Part shown: positions 51,491-63,937 of the stretch, piece by piece
How positions within the stretch are numbered: the first letter of the stretch is position 1
Layout of the letters: each line of letters begins with the position of its first letter
Source: Antedon mediterranea
Lineage: Eukaryota; Animalia; Echinodermata
Length of the DNA stretch: 64,000 nt
Direction: 5' to 3'
Assembly (NCBI RefSeq): GCF_964355755.1
Contig: NC_092674.1
Span: 6,696,001-6,760,000, forward strand
Notes under the pieces: generated by a model
The model's input: the letters and a program-made list of their open reading frames with translations, nothing else
What the model was told of the DNA's origin: nothing
Database searches by the model: none
Program-made: the position numbers and the translations under genes

Positions 51491-53103
51491 ACCCTTCAAA
51501 TAGAAAAGGACTCACAACTTATATGTCATCAGTATCACTTTCTTGTTCGGGTATTAGTACAGTGAAATGCCATTGCATTCACCACATGTAGTTCTAGTTA
51601 CCCCTGAATGCTTCAAGGAGATACTCAGGTGCTGGCTTTAAGTCTGTGTGTAGAGGAACCATGTTTCCATCATCTGATCTTCCATCCCCAATCCTCGGTA
51701 CACATATCAACCCCACTCCATTGCTAAAAGATAACTTGAACTTGAACATGATGTTAAGTACCTTGGTTGTGGTACGATTATGAAGTTGGCGATATGCGAG
51801 GTTGTACTTGTAGATGGGATGGAGTCAAAGGCATTCCACGTTTTCCAGGTCGTCCATTGTACAGACACACTAAATCATTTTCTCTAGCAATCACAATGTC
51901 ATCCTTTCAAGCTTGTTTGCATCTGAAGACTACAGCATAATGTAAGAAATAAGTGCAATGACAAGCTTTTTTTAGAGGCAATTCTGAAAACTCTGGATGT
52001 TGTGTCACCAGTATCGCATGAGCAAACAGAAGGTTATCACAGATGTCTCTCAAAAGTACTGTTTGAACCAGTTTGATAGTCCAGCATCTCAGTTCCAGTC
52101 TAAAGAATATCACAATATGCTTTAAATGCTTGACTGCAGAGGAGCACTAGTAGATCCCTGTCATCGGATAATGACAGATGTTTTCCTGTTTGCTGATTCA
52201 ATGGTTTTTTGTACTATCCGAAAGAACATCTGCATCAGCAGTTGCATTCACTCATTGCCATGTTGTTCAAATACTAGTTATTTGAATTGCTCCGTGTGGG
52301 ATGATATTGTTAAACCCTTCAAATAGAAAAGGACTCACAACTTATATGTCATCAGTATCACTTTCTTGTTCGGGTATTAGTACAGTGAAATGCCATTGCA
52401 TTCACCACATGTAGTTCTAGTTACCCCTGAATGCTTCAAGGAGATACTCAGGTGCTGGCTTTAAGTCTGTGTGTAGAGGAACCATGTTTCCATCATCTGA
52501 TCTTCCATCCCCAATCCTCGGTACACATATCAACCCCACTCCATTGCTAAAAGATAACTTGAACTTGAACATGATGTTAAGTACCTTGGTTGTGGTACGA
52601 TTATGAAGTTGGCGATATGCGAGGTTGTACTTGTAGATGGGATGGAGTCAAAGGCATTCCACGTTTTCCAGGTCGTCCATTGTACAGACACACTAAATCA
52701 TTTTCTCTAGCAATCACAATGTCATCCTTTGTAGCTTGTTTGCATCTGAAGACTACAGCATAATGTAAGAAATAAGTGCAATGACAAGCTTTTTTTAGAG
52801 CCAATTCTGAAAACTCTGGATGTTGTGTCACCAGTATCGCATGAGCAAACAGAAGGTTATCACAGATGTCTCTCAAAAGTACTGTTTGAACCAGTTTGAT
52901 AGTCCAGCATCTCAGTTCCAGTCTAAAGAATATCACAATATGTTTTAAATGCTTGACTGCAGAGGAGCACTAGTAGATCCGTGTCATCGGATAATGACAG
53001 ATGTTTTCCTGTTTGCTGATTCAATGGTTTTTTGTACTATCCGAAAGAACATCTGCATCAGCAGTTGCATTCACTCATTGCCATGTTGTTCAAATACTAG
53101 TTA
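51455..53103. repeat. 823-bp tandem duplication
   Basis: copies start at 51455 and 52278; only about 5 substitutions seen. Confidence 0.93.
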
Positions 53104-54944
53104 CGAAGATTTATAAATTGTTGTTTGTTACAGAAAGTGATCTAATTTTGTGGAACATGTCACTGGTAAAATGTACAGGAACACTACCACCTGACACGCC
53201 TTACCATGTGCGCCGTCTTTGGTGTATGAACCGCTTTCATAATCATCAAAGACTATGATGGCAGAGCAATATTTTTTACAGATCTCTACACTATTCCATG
53301 GAATGCTGTGCAGTAGAGCACTACCATCTAGAATGTAGGCCTACTGGACATCATTCAGTGATTTGGATGTGTTAGACTATTCAGAAGAAGTTGTTTCCAC
53401 ATAGCATCATGTTGGTTTATTAGCTGAAAGTATTGTAAGTTGGTAGTTTCAGAAAGTGCTGGTGGATAACAAAGTTCATGTTCATGTTGTCACCTCGAGT
53501 CTCCTCTGGAACTGTAGGATCAATGCACACATATTTGCCTGTATGTACATATGACTTGATTGCCAGGATCTTGAATACATTGCAAGGCCAAAATATTCAA
53601 TGCTTAATACCACATTGCTTATATTCCGAATCACCTGCAGTAACTCCCGTATCAATGGTATGAAGTCTCTGAGTCGTAACCAAATGTATTTCTCAATTGC
53701 CATTGTGTCCCTGACGTGTGGCCATAAGGTCTTATGTTGGCCGCTGCTGGAGTAACGCCCTGATACTATTGCAAGGCATTACATACATTTCAGCGCAGAT
53801 TTGGTCTGGATGTACTCATTCCTATATCTCTTGCCAAACCTCTGGTTTTCTTTGAGGCTTCTCATAGAAACCCTTTCAATCCAGTCCAGATGGTCCGAAC
53901 GTCATACAACATGGAGGTCATTGTCAAACTGCTGTTGAACATCTTTGTATTTATACTGGTTAAAAAATCGTTAAAATACTTATACATCCCAATATAAATA
54001 CTGTAACTATGGCAACACAAATGCCATCTGGAAAAAATGGAATGTAGATCATCCAGAAGCAACAGGAACGGAGATGTCACTCATCTGCATCTTGAGCTGG
54101 TCATTAGTGTATCGCTTTGGACTGAAATGTTCACCCCAGGGTATCCCTGTGTGTATACCATTGTTGATTACAGCTAAAACAACATTTTTTGCCAAAATTG
54201 ACACATTATGTTGTGTTTTTCCGCAAAAATGACATTCTAAATAACATGTTATGACTATAAGTTTGATATCACTGAATAGAAAATTTAATAAGCTTTCGGA
54301 TGACATAAATCACACTTGTATATAATGTATTTCAAATGGTTAAATATATGTAATTAATGGGGCATATTAATTTTGACTTAAAATGACCTTTATTGACCTC
54401 TGACCCCTTGACCCAATGCTTGGATTTTCGGTGACTTTTAGTATGTTGCTCTACACTTTATATGGAATTCAAAAATACTTGCTTTGTTACTATTGCAATT
54501 TGTGGTGGGTATATCATTAGATTGACTGGACTATAAGTGAAATTCGCGAACAGTGTGCGAGAAACACGCCTGTAAAATCATTAATTTATTAAGGATTTAT
54601 TTGTTACTTTTTATGTGATTCTTTCATTAAAGTACTCATGAGGTATACTTCTAAGGTGTGGTATTCACACGATAAAGTTAGTTATCAAATTTGGAGTAAA
54701 AATACAAGCGAAGGAAACTAGCGCCACGTTTATTAGTACGTACATGGACAACAATAAATAAAAATCGTTCGTAATATACCTAGCTTACTAAAACAGGAAT
54801 AGTGTATCATTATTAAATATTACACAAATTATTATTATATCAAAATTGATTAAATTATTTTCTACATAGGCCTCTTATCTAGGTTAGGGCTAAGCATATT
54901 AAAAATTATTAGCTAAAGTTTAATTTTAGGCCTAGTATTACAAT

Positions 54945-57031
54945 GGGTAGTAACAAAGTGCGAGGCAGCGAGGCACGCGAGGCAGGGAAGGCATGCGAGG
55001 CAAGTCAGAAATTTATGCGAGGCATCGTTTTACCATCATCAAAAAATGCGAGGCATCATTTTATCATTTCTCAAAATTGCAAGGCAGGAAATCACCGAAA
55101 TTGAAGTAGCCTAGGCCTAGGCCCGCTAGGCTAGTTTCCTTTTGCACCTGCCTTGTAATTTAACCAAGGCTTTATCCTGAATACCACAGCTTAGAATTAG
55201 TAGGCCTACTTTAATGAAGAAAAATCACATAAAAGTAACACTAAATCCATTAAATTGGTGATTTTACCAGGGAAGAGTTAAATTACTTAACTCTTCCCTG
55301 ATTTTACAGACGTTGTTTTTCTCGCATTTCGCACACTCAATGTTCAATATTTTGGTTTCTATGGAACGCCAAAAGAGCAAAATTAATTAGAGGGCTAAAA
55401 ACTCTGTGGAATCCATTTATATTTAACGCATTATTTGGTGAAAATCAAGTACAATTTCAATAGATTTTGTCACTGTCAGTAAGGAAAAATGTTACTTTTG
55501 ATAATGTACACGGTTTCGTTAACCTTTTAAAGAATAAAATAGAAAAATTCATCATAATATCCTTAGTAGGATGTCCTAGGTCTAGACTAGGTAGTGATGT
55601 TGATTTAGGATCGACTATTATTCTTTGAAAACAGAACAGTATCAGCAGTAACATATTACAACATTTTTATTGACAAATTAACAAATATATTGAAATAAAA
55701 CGTGTTTTTCACCAATAAATGCATGAGAAATTGACGCATTCCACTGAGTTTTAGTCCTCTATTATCGTTGCTCTTTTGGCGCTCCATAGAAACAAAAATA
55801 TTGAACATTGAATAAGTGAAATTCGCGAACAGTGTGCGAGAAACACGCCTGTAAAATCATTAATTTAAGGATTTATTTGTTACTTTTTATGTGATTCTTT
55901 CATTAAAGTACTCATGAGGTATACTTCTAAGGTGTGGTATTCACACGATAAAGTTAGTTATCAAATTTGGAGTAAAAATACAAGCGAAGGAAACTAGCGC
56001 CAGGTTTATTAGTACGTACATGGACAACAATAAATAAAAATCGTTCGTAATACAAACAGGAATAGTGTATCATTATTAAATATTACACCAATTATTATTT
56101 TATCAAAATTGATTAAATTATTTTCTACATAGGCCTCTTATCTAGGTTAGGGCTAAGCATATTAGCTAAAGTTTAATTTTAGGCCTAGTATTACAATTGT
56201 CGGACGGAAGTCTTTTTTCACACGCGCTCCAGAATTCTGTCGCAATTTTTTTCTTTGCGGCATGTTATTGGATCGGCATATCAGTTACCTTTTATTCACC
56301 GCCAGTTATTGAACTTGTCCTGGCAATCGCTGTTCACCTTATTTGCGAGAGAGGTACACGTGTTGTTCCTAGAGAATGGAATGTCAAAAATGTCTTTGGC
56401 ACGCCGCTCAGAGAGAAGTCTGTGCGTTGCTGCTGAAACCACGTGCTATAGGAGGGGAATGCACCACAATCCTCTGAGCTGAGGGCTGAATCATTCCGCT
56501 ACCTGCTAAATAGTAAAGAGGGATTGTCCATCTCTCGGGTCTACCGGATCTAGGCGCAGGGGTGTGTCAAAATATTATTTTCACTCTGCTATGTTCGAGA
56601 GACATGTGAGTGAACACGCTCGAAATGCCAACAAACATTGACAGTCATTTGATGAGTGTGTCGCTATAACAATTATTGTTTATTGAAAGTTGAAGACTGT
56701 CGTTCAGATTTTTGAACCGTAGTTTGGGCACTTTTGTAAAAGTAAAATTTGACACGATATGACTTGAATGAAAAAACAATCGTTACATAAAAATAAACAA
56801 CATGATGAGTGTATACACGAATCTATTTAGATACGCTTGTATCGATTGATTATTAGGCCTATAATATATCATAATAGCACGTTAAGATATGCCTCGCACC
56901 TTTTTGAAATTGTAAACTATATGCCTCGCATGCCTCGCACTTTTGGAAATGATAAAATGATGCCTCGCACAAATATTTGGCATGCCGCGCTTGCCTCGCG
57001 TGCCTCGCTGCCTCGCACTTTGTCAACACTC
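54945..57031. mobile_element. inner 2087-bp MULE copy inserted in its own family member
   Basis: 9-bp TSD tattacaat (54936-54944 and 57032-57040); the empty site is seen inside itself near 56189. Confidence 0.93.
55268..55300. mobile_element. 33-bp micro-element: 14-bp TIR, 7-bp TSD
   Basis: attttac|cagggaagagttaa-attac-ttaactcttccctg|attttac; empty site at 48919-48925. Confidence 0.85.
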
Positions 57032-59253
57032 TATTACAATTGTCGGACGTAAGTCTTTTTTCACACGCGCTCCAGAATTCTGTCGCAATTTTTTTCTTTG
57101 CGGCATGTTATTGGATCGGCATATCAGTTACCTTTTATTCACCGCCAGTTATTGAACTTGTCCTGGCAATCGCTGTTCACCTTATTTGTGAGAGAGGTAC
57201 ACGTGTTGTTCCTAGAGAATGGAATGTCAAAATGTCTTTGGCACGCCGCTCAGAGAGAAGTCTGTGCGTTACTGCTGAAACCACGTGCTATAGTAGGGGA
57301 ATGCACCACAATCATCTGAGCTGAGGGCTGAATCATTCCGCTACCTGCTAAATAGTAAAGAGGGATTTTCCATCTCTCGGGTCTACCGGATCTAGGCGCA
57401 GGGGTGTGACAAAATATTATTTTCACTCTGCTATGTTCGAGAGACATGTGAGTGAACACGCTCGAAATGCCAACAAACATTGCAGTCATTTGATGAGTGT
57501 GTCGCTATAACAATTATTGTTTATCGAAAGTTGAAGACTGTCGTTCAGATTTTTGAACCGTAGTTTGGGCACTTTTGTAAAAGTAAAATGTGACACGATA
57601 TGACTTGAATGAAAAAACAATCGTTACATAAAAATAAACAACATGATGAGTGTATACACGAATCTATTTAGATACGCTTGTATCGATTGATTATTAGGCC
57701 TATAATATAGCATAATAGCACGTTAAGATATGCCTCGCACCTTTTTGAAATTGTAAACTATATGCCTCGCATGCCTCGCACTTTTGGAAATGATAAAATG
57801 ATGCCTCGCACAAATATTTGGCATGCCTCGCATACCTCGCGTGCCTCGCTGCCTCGCACTTTGTCAACACTCACAATACAGAATAGGGCGGTATTTAATA
57901 ACCCACCCAAAAAATCGTAACAGTTAAAATATGAAAATGGGGATTATTAATAATAATGGGGTTATTAATTTTGAACAACAATTTCATGCTGTTGCATATA
58001 CTATAGGCCCATGTCCATTTATTGTTTTTTTTTGTTCTCTCTTACGTTACCGTAATATGGTTTGTACCATTGGATATTGTATTATTGTATTATACTGTAT
58101 ACTATAGTTTAACTTGATGTTTACAGTTATTATTTAAAAAGTTGTCGAGATGTTAAGTACCCTAAATGGTACTCAAAACATGACCATATGATTGTAAGTG
58201 TTCATCTGGTTTGATATTAACAAGTTGGTTACCATCTGTACCATTGGTTTGATAAAAATAATTTTTTACACATGACTATATTATTTAGTGTTTGAAGGTT
58301 TGCATGGCGAAATATATATTATATAGAACAATAATAAATCATCAGTTCATAACATTACTTATTTCGCATAGAATTAGTCTATGGAAATGAGTTTAATTTT
58401 AAAATAGTGTCACATCTATCAGCTGCTATGTTGCACTCTAGGACCATGAAGCTTGGTTCCCACTAGGACGCAACGCAAAGACGTACGTAGACGTAACGTA
58501 AGCTAGTTGACCAATGACACGCAACTGTTCAAATAATCCATCGATTGTGATTGGTCAGATTGCTTGCGTTGCGCTTACCCTACGTCTGGGCGTTACGTCT
58601 TAACCAAGCTTAAGTTAAAATGAAAGATTACTACATTATACAAAATAATTGCGGGTTCCTACCACTATTTGAGGATGAATCCTGTTATTTAAATAAAATG
58701 TCTTTATGAAACTGACCATGGACACGTGTTGTTACATTGCTTTGCACTGACATACATTAACAATTAGAGAAATTGCAAGACACTTTGTACACCATGATCA
58801 TTACTATTTGCATTATTATGTTGTGTTGTGAATCATTAAATAGGCTAATAGCCCAGCATTGGAATATTCGACATTAAAATATTAGCCTGCGATGTGTGAC
58901 TCTTTTTGTCAAGCTACGACAACTCCCTCATGATGAACAATGGGCATACTCGCATGACAGGAGATGGAATTGGAAACGTGTTATGCTTACAAACAATATA
59001 GTTTCGAAAATGTAAAAAGCTATTATTCCCCAGCCGGATATGGCATTGGGAGTCACCCCACCATATTTATCCTTTTACCACGAATTCATCAACACCAATC
59101 CGACTGGGTGTAGCCGTCATGCGATCCTCCATAATCTTTGAACAAACCCTTTTATTATACATTGTTAAAAAAAAAAAATGATCAATACCAAATAAGGGCT
59201 GTTAAGAGTGTAGCCGTCACGCGATCCACTACGATTTTTGAACAAAACCTTTT

Positions 59254-59374
59254 GTTCACATTCACATTCTCACTCCTGAGGACGATCAAAGAATATTGAT
59301 GACCGAAACGTCGAGAAACTCAACAGTTCTTTTCAGAACTAATATACGTGGTGTACCGTAAACTTTATATTAAC
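59254..59374 (+). mobile_element. Penelope-like retro-insertion with minimal hammerhead ribozyme motif
   Basis: 12-bp TSD acaaaacctttt; CTGAGGA-stem-GAAACGTC core; 3' part repeated at 60314-60363. Confidence 0.6.
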
Positions 59375-61816
59375 ACAAAACCTTTTATTTACATTGCCAC
59401 GGTTTTTCTGACTATAATATTGATGACAAATAATATTATATAAAAGCTGAGCCGGGAGCTGAGCTGGGCTGAGATTGTCATCTCAATCATGAATGACAAT
59501 AATCGTAACGGGGTAAATCATCTCTTATGCCTACCAATCATCTCAGTTCTCTGCAATGCTTAGGCCTACCGTGATTTCCGAAAGCTTTACAAAGTCATAA
59601 ATACTTTATTGAATGGTATGTGTTTATTTATTACACCAATCAAAACTACACCAATACACTAATAACAACAATACCTCAAGAAGAAGAAAATTTAAATTAA
59701 TTGAACATAAACAACCATTTAAAACAACATTAATGTTTTAACTTTAACATAAAATTTAATGACAAAAAAGATCGACGTTTCGGAACCATCATGAAACCAT
59801 TCTCAAGAACAAATGAGTAAAATTAACAAAGTACAGAGCACCAAAGGGTGCTTGTCGATCTTTTACTGTTACTGTATTAATACGATTGATCAATCAATCA
59901 AAACAATATCTAGGATTTTACCGACTCTACAGTATTAATTATTAGATTAATATATGAACAAAATTTATAAATTAAAGCAATTATCTATGGTTTTAATTAC
60001 TCTATAGTATACTTGGTTAATTAACAAATCAATTGATTTGAAACAACCATTTAAAACAACATCAATGTTTTACTAATATATTATTAATTCCAAACAATTT
60101 TATCGACTCTACAGTATTAATTATTCGATTAATATATGAACACAATTGATAAATTAAAACAATTATCTATGGTTTTACTGAATCTACAGTATATTAGTTA
60201 TTTGATTTGTTTGAATACAATTGATCAAATCAACACAATATCAATGGTTTAATTATAGTAAACATTGATTAATTAACAAAAACAAATCAATTATTTTGAA
60301 GGTTTGCATGGCGACAGTTCTTTTTCAGAACTAATATACGTGGTGGTGTACCGCAAACTTTATATAAAATCAACTGAGTTAAACTATTTAATTGAGTTAA
60401 ATATGACACCGTGAATAATAATAAACAAGTAATAGCATTCCCGATTTAACAATTATGACAAATACATATATATGAACTGTATTATCTGGAAAATATCTGG
60501 TTGAACTTTAAAACATTAAGTACACATTGTTTATTATGGTAGTAAACAAATACTGTACTATTGTAGTTCACTGATCCTAGTTGGAGGTAAGGAGGGCGAT
60601 TACAATTAAAATCATGCTATTTGTCTATTTATAAAAATACAAAGTTAAGCTTTATGATAAAGTTAACCCACTTTATCGACACCCATCATCCATTTTTTAT
60701 TCCACAATGCGGCGCCATAAACAGTGAAGCAACAAATATCTGCACATACTCACAAACTAATCTGTGTTGTGATAGCTACTGTAACCAGGGAATTGTTATT
60801 TTACAACTCCCTGCTGTAACATTACAGTACTTAATTTGGGAAAACACAGATTGGTTTGCAAGGATGCGCAGATGTTTATAACGCTCTATGCTATTGCTTC
60901 AAAGTCTTTGATGGCGCGTCGGGCAATAAAAACAGATGTTTGAATGACACAGATAAAGGGTTAACTTTTAAAGTTTAAGCAACACATTCATAAACAGCCT
61001 ATTTATAGGAATGTATATAATGTAAAATATATGTTGATATAAAGTTCCACAAATGTGGTGTAACAAATTGATTTTCACCATGCAAACCACCTTTTAAACA
61101 ATATATGAAATACTGTAGATACAAACTAATAATAATAAAATCTGTATTTTACAATGATTTAATTAATTAATTCATTACTCTAATTTAATCTAATCTAATA
61201 ATTTAATATTGAGGTTTACAAATTAAAATTTAAATTCACAAGCACGTCGCAATCCCAAGTTAACCTATTTTAACCATCATTCAATGTTTGAATTGAATGA
61301 CTTTGCTAGCAGATTAACATTAGACCTAACCAACTTAAAAAAGCTGGCTTAATTAATTGTTCAAAAAAATTCAGCCAAATTTGCAATTATATTTTGATAT
61401 ACATGAATTTAGTTGTGCCTCTCTTAGTGGAACCATATAATTTTGTTGAATACAGTACAAATAAAGATTCGAAGTTGAAAAATAATTGTTCCAAAAATTC
61501 AGCCAATTTTGTATTCAGTCACAAAGTCTAATATTATGTACAATAATTTGCTTTAAAATTAAAAATACAGTAGTATATAGGAAACAATTTTAAACAAATC
61601 CTGTAGAATATAAATTTTAAAAAAAGACTGTACAAAATATTAAGGGAGAAATCTGAAACTTTTAAAATGAGGCAATATTAATAGTTGAATACTAAAACCC
61701 TTAATTACAGAGAAAAAAAACAGTTTTGGCAAAAATGGATTATTTCACACAGAATTCACAATGGCTTCTTGGAAGAAAAATGGAATTATCAAAAAATAGA
61801 TTTTATATTTGTTATA

Positions 61817-62013
61817 CCATATTTATTCGAATAAATGCCTGCCTTGAATAAACGCACGCCCATACCCTCCCCCCCCCCCCCTCTCGAATAAACACCCTCC
61901 ATGTGTTGCATTTCATATCTACCTTCAAACCCAAAAAATTAACCCCGAATAAATGCACCCTACAAAACCCTCCCGAACAATAAGCACATGGGAGCTTACT
62001 CAAATAAATATGG
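61817..62013. mobile_element. Tc1/mariner-type MITE just downstream of the gene 2 stop
   Basis: TA-flanked ccatatttattcga.../...tcaaataaatatgg. Confidence 0.7.
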
Positions 62014-62068
62014 TAATATAAAAATAAGACATTTAAAATAGAATTTAGATATGAATACTAAATAGAAT

Positions 62069-62565
62069 TTATACGCATGTTGTTAATATTTCTCCATGAA
62101 ATGTGCGTTTCTTTGGAATGCATGGAGCATCACAATCATTATTTATATCATCATTATCATCAAAAACATCATCATTATCATCAAAAACATCATCATTATC
62201 ATCATCTTCATCTTTTCCAGTCAACATTTTTTGATGCACCTCATCTTTAACGGTCACATTATCGGCTGCCGCCGTTTGGTCCTCCTTTAACTTAATTATA
62301 GCCCTACAAACCACATTTATGGCCTCCGAATTACCCACTTCTTTTAATGCTGTCAGAAATTTTTCCATAGGTAATTCCAGAGTATGCAGATATTGATGAA
62401 GCCTTACATAAGACCCAAGACTGTTTATTCTAGCTTGATCTGTAATTCCAAGTGCAGACGCCAAATGTCTCCAACATTTAATTGGCGGTTCAGGATCTTT
62501 ACGTGGGTTAAGCAGCTCTGCTAGACGGTCAGTTGTGTTGATATTAAGATCAGTATAGCCAAATC
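62069..62565 (-). CDS. gene 2 last exon, death domain plus acidic tail
   Basis: LAELLNP...IKCWRHLASALGI...FLTALKEVGNSEAINVVCRAI; Asp-rich repeat; ends TTCV*. Confidence 0.9.
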
Positions 62566-63937
62566 CTATTGGTAACAAGAAAACAACAACATAAGATGAT
62601 ATACACATGGAATAATGAATGTTTTTGACTAATACTTCTATCCATTTTTTCATGACCAATTTGTCAAAAGGGAACCTGTTACTTAAATTCCTTTTTGATC
62701 GCGTGACTAACTACAGGTACAGTATTTAGGTAATTTTCCGTATGTTATTTTGACAATTGAGTCTTAACCTTAAACTGTACATACCATTGCAATATTCATA
62801 GGCTTTGTAAAGAAGACTGCTACTATTAGTTTCATCCTCAGGTTTCTAAAAGAAAAAACACAAAACATAAATACTGGATTTTGAAGATGACTGCTACTGG
62901 AAGCCCACCAATGTTTAATCATTCCTGTACTTATTTGCATATATATGTAAATTAAGCAGTAGGAAAACTGTCATTATTAATAAATTAATCATAAATGTTT
63001 TAGTATTTCCTGTACATATTTGTTGCCAGTTAATCGTGTAGTTCTCGCTCTAGAATATAAATAAAATATTTTATTTTGAATAAAGATTAATAAAGAAAGC
63101 AAGAATTTACCTTTTTTGTGCAAGTTCTTGTTACCATCTCAATATTGGCAGTGCAATCTTTATCTGAGATGTAGTTGGTTGAAGACGATGTTTGAGGAGG
63201 AATATAGCTACAAATAATAAAATTAACTCTACTTGGCATCTACATCATTGATAAGGCTAGGTTACAGTTTCAGAAAGACTATTTATCATTAAACATAGCA
63301 CTAAGTTGTACATTACATAATAACATAAAAATCTTCACTTGAAAAAGAGTGCATTCAGAATTACAAATATCTCTCAGGGGCACCTGTGACTACAACTTGT
63401 TTTGTATCATTTATGAAAAACAATATATTATATATAATCAGATTACTTACATCTGAGTTGCATATCTCGGAAGACCTGAAAATGGAATAAAGTTGGATGA
63501 ATTTGACACGAGTAAATCAATTAAATTCATTCTGTAAGAATCTGAGCATCAATCAGACTTAGCTTAGATAAGACTGGAATTGGAAACACACAGAAAATTG
63601 AAAAGGGAACCTTTAATTTGAACAATCTTGCTTTAGGCAAGAAAAAAAAACACACAAAAAATACTTAATAGTACACAATAGAGCAATTTCCTATAATCTA
63701 AACAATTTAGTAAATATTCATTCTACATAGATAGAGCAATTGTCTACTTTGTAAATAGCTTTTAAAGGCATAACAAAAAAAACCTACCACGCATACAACA
63801 ATAGCCTTTTATACCTTTAAAAGCACAAAACAATATGATGACAGTCATGTTTACAACAGATAAAATGAATATCCAGAAGTTGAAAGTTTTGAAATCCATC
63901 TTAACGCAGAAAAAGTAGCCTGGTTTACGGCTGTCAT
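62069..63937 (-). CDS. second EDAR-like death-domain TNF receptor (gene 2; 3' part only, ectodomain exons lie beyond the window)
   Basis: Exons 63937-63788 (TM), 63475-63451, 63207-63111, 62845-62785, 62565-62069 (death domain). GT-AG introns; phases 1,1,2,0,1 match gene 1; frame open throughout. Confidence 0.85.
62785..62845 (-). CDS. gene 2 penultimate exon, 61 nt
   Basis: tttcttttag acceptor, gtatgt donor, phase 0-1, KPEDETNSSSLLYKAYEYCN. Confidence 0.8.
63111..63207 (-). CDS. gene 2 cytoplasmic exon (YIPPQTSSSTNYISDK...)
   Basis: tttgtag acceptor, AAG|gtaaat donor, phase 2-0. Confidence 0.78.
63451..63475 (-). CDS. gene 2 25-nt microexon (GLPRYATQI)
   Basis: ttccattttcag acceptor, gtaagt donor; needed to join phase 1 to phase 2. 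Confidence 0.72.
63788..63937 (-). CDS. gene 2 transmembrane exon
   Basis: long polypyrimidine tract + AG, gtaggt donor; FNFWIFILSVVNMTVIILFCAF then KGIKGYCCMR. Confidence 0.82.

Larger units (their letters stand above)
49437..54533 (-). mobile_element. decayed Academ-like DNA transposon
   Basis: TAG...CTA termini, about 130-bp TIR, 3-bp TSD TAA (empty site visible near 55811); frame-shifted transposase motifs LLFAHAIL, LVCLYNG, EDWGW, VPLHTDLKPAPEYLL, ILDGSALLHSIPW. Confidence 0.82.
48599..57872. mobile_element. outer non-autonomous MULE copy expanded by nested insertions
   Basis: 9-bp TSD acaatacag (48590-48598 and 57873-57881); TIRs rich in GCGAGGCA repeats. Confidence 0.92.

Noticed and set aside
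56197-57489. Duplicated ORFs in the MULE copies
   Set aside because: Frames differ between copies and no domain is recognisable.
62566-62659. Hydrophobic N-terminus of the 196-aa ORF as a TM segment
   Set aside because: It is the intronic polypyrimidine tract; the exon starts at 62565 and the true TM exon is at 63788-63937.
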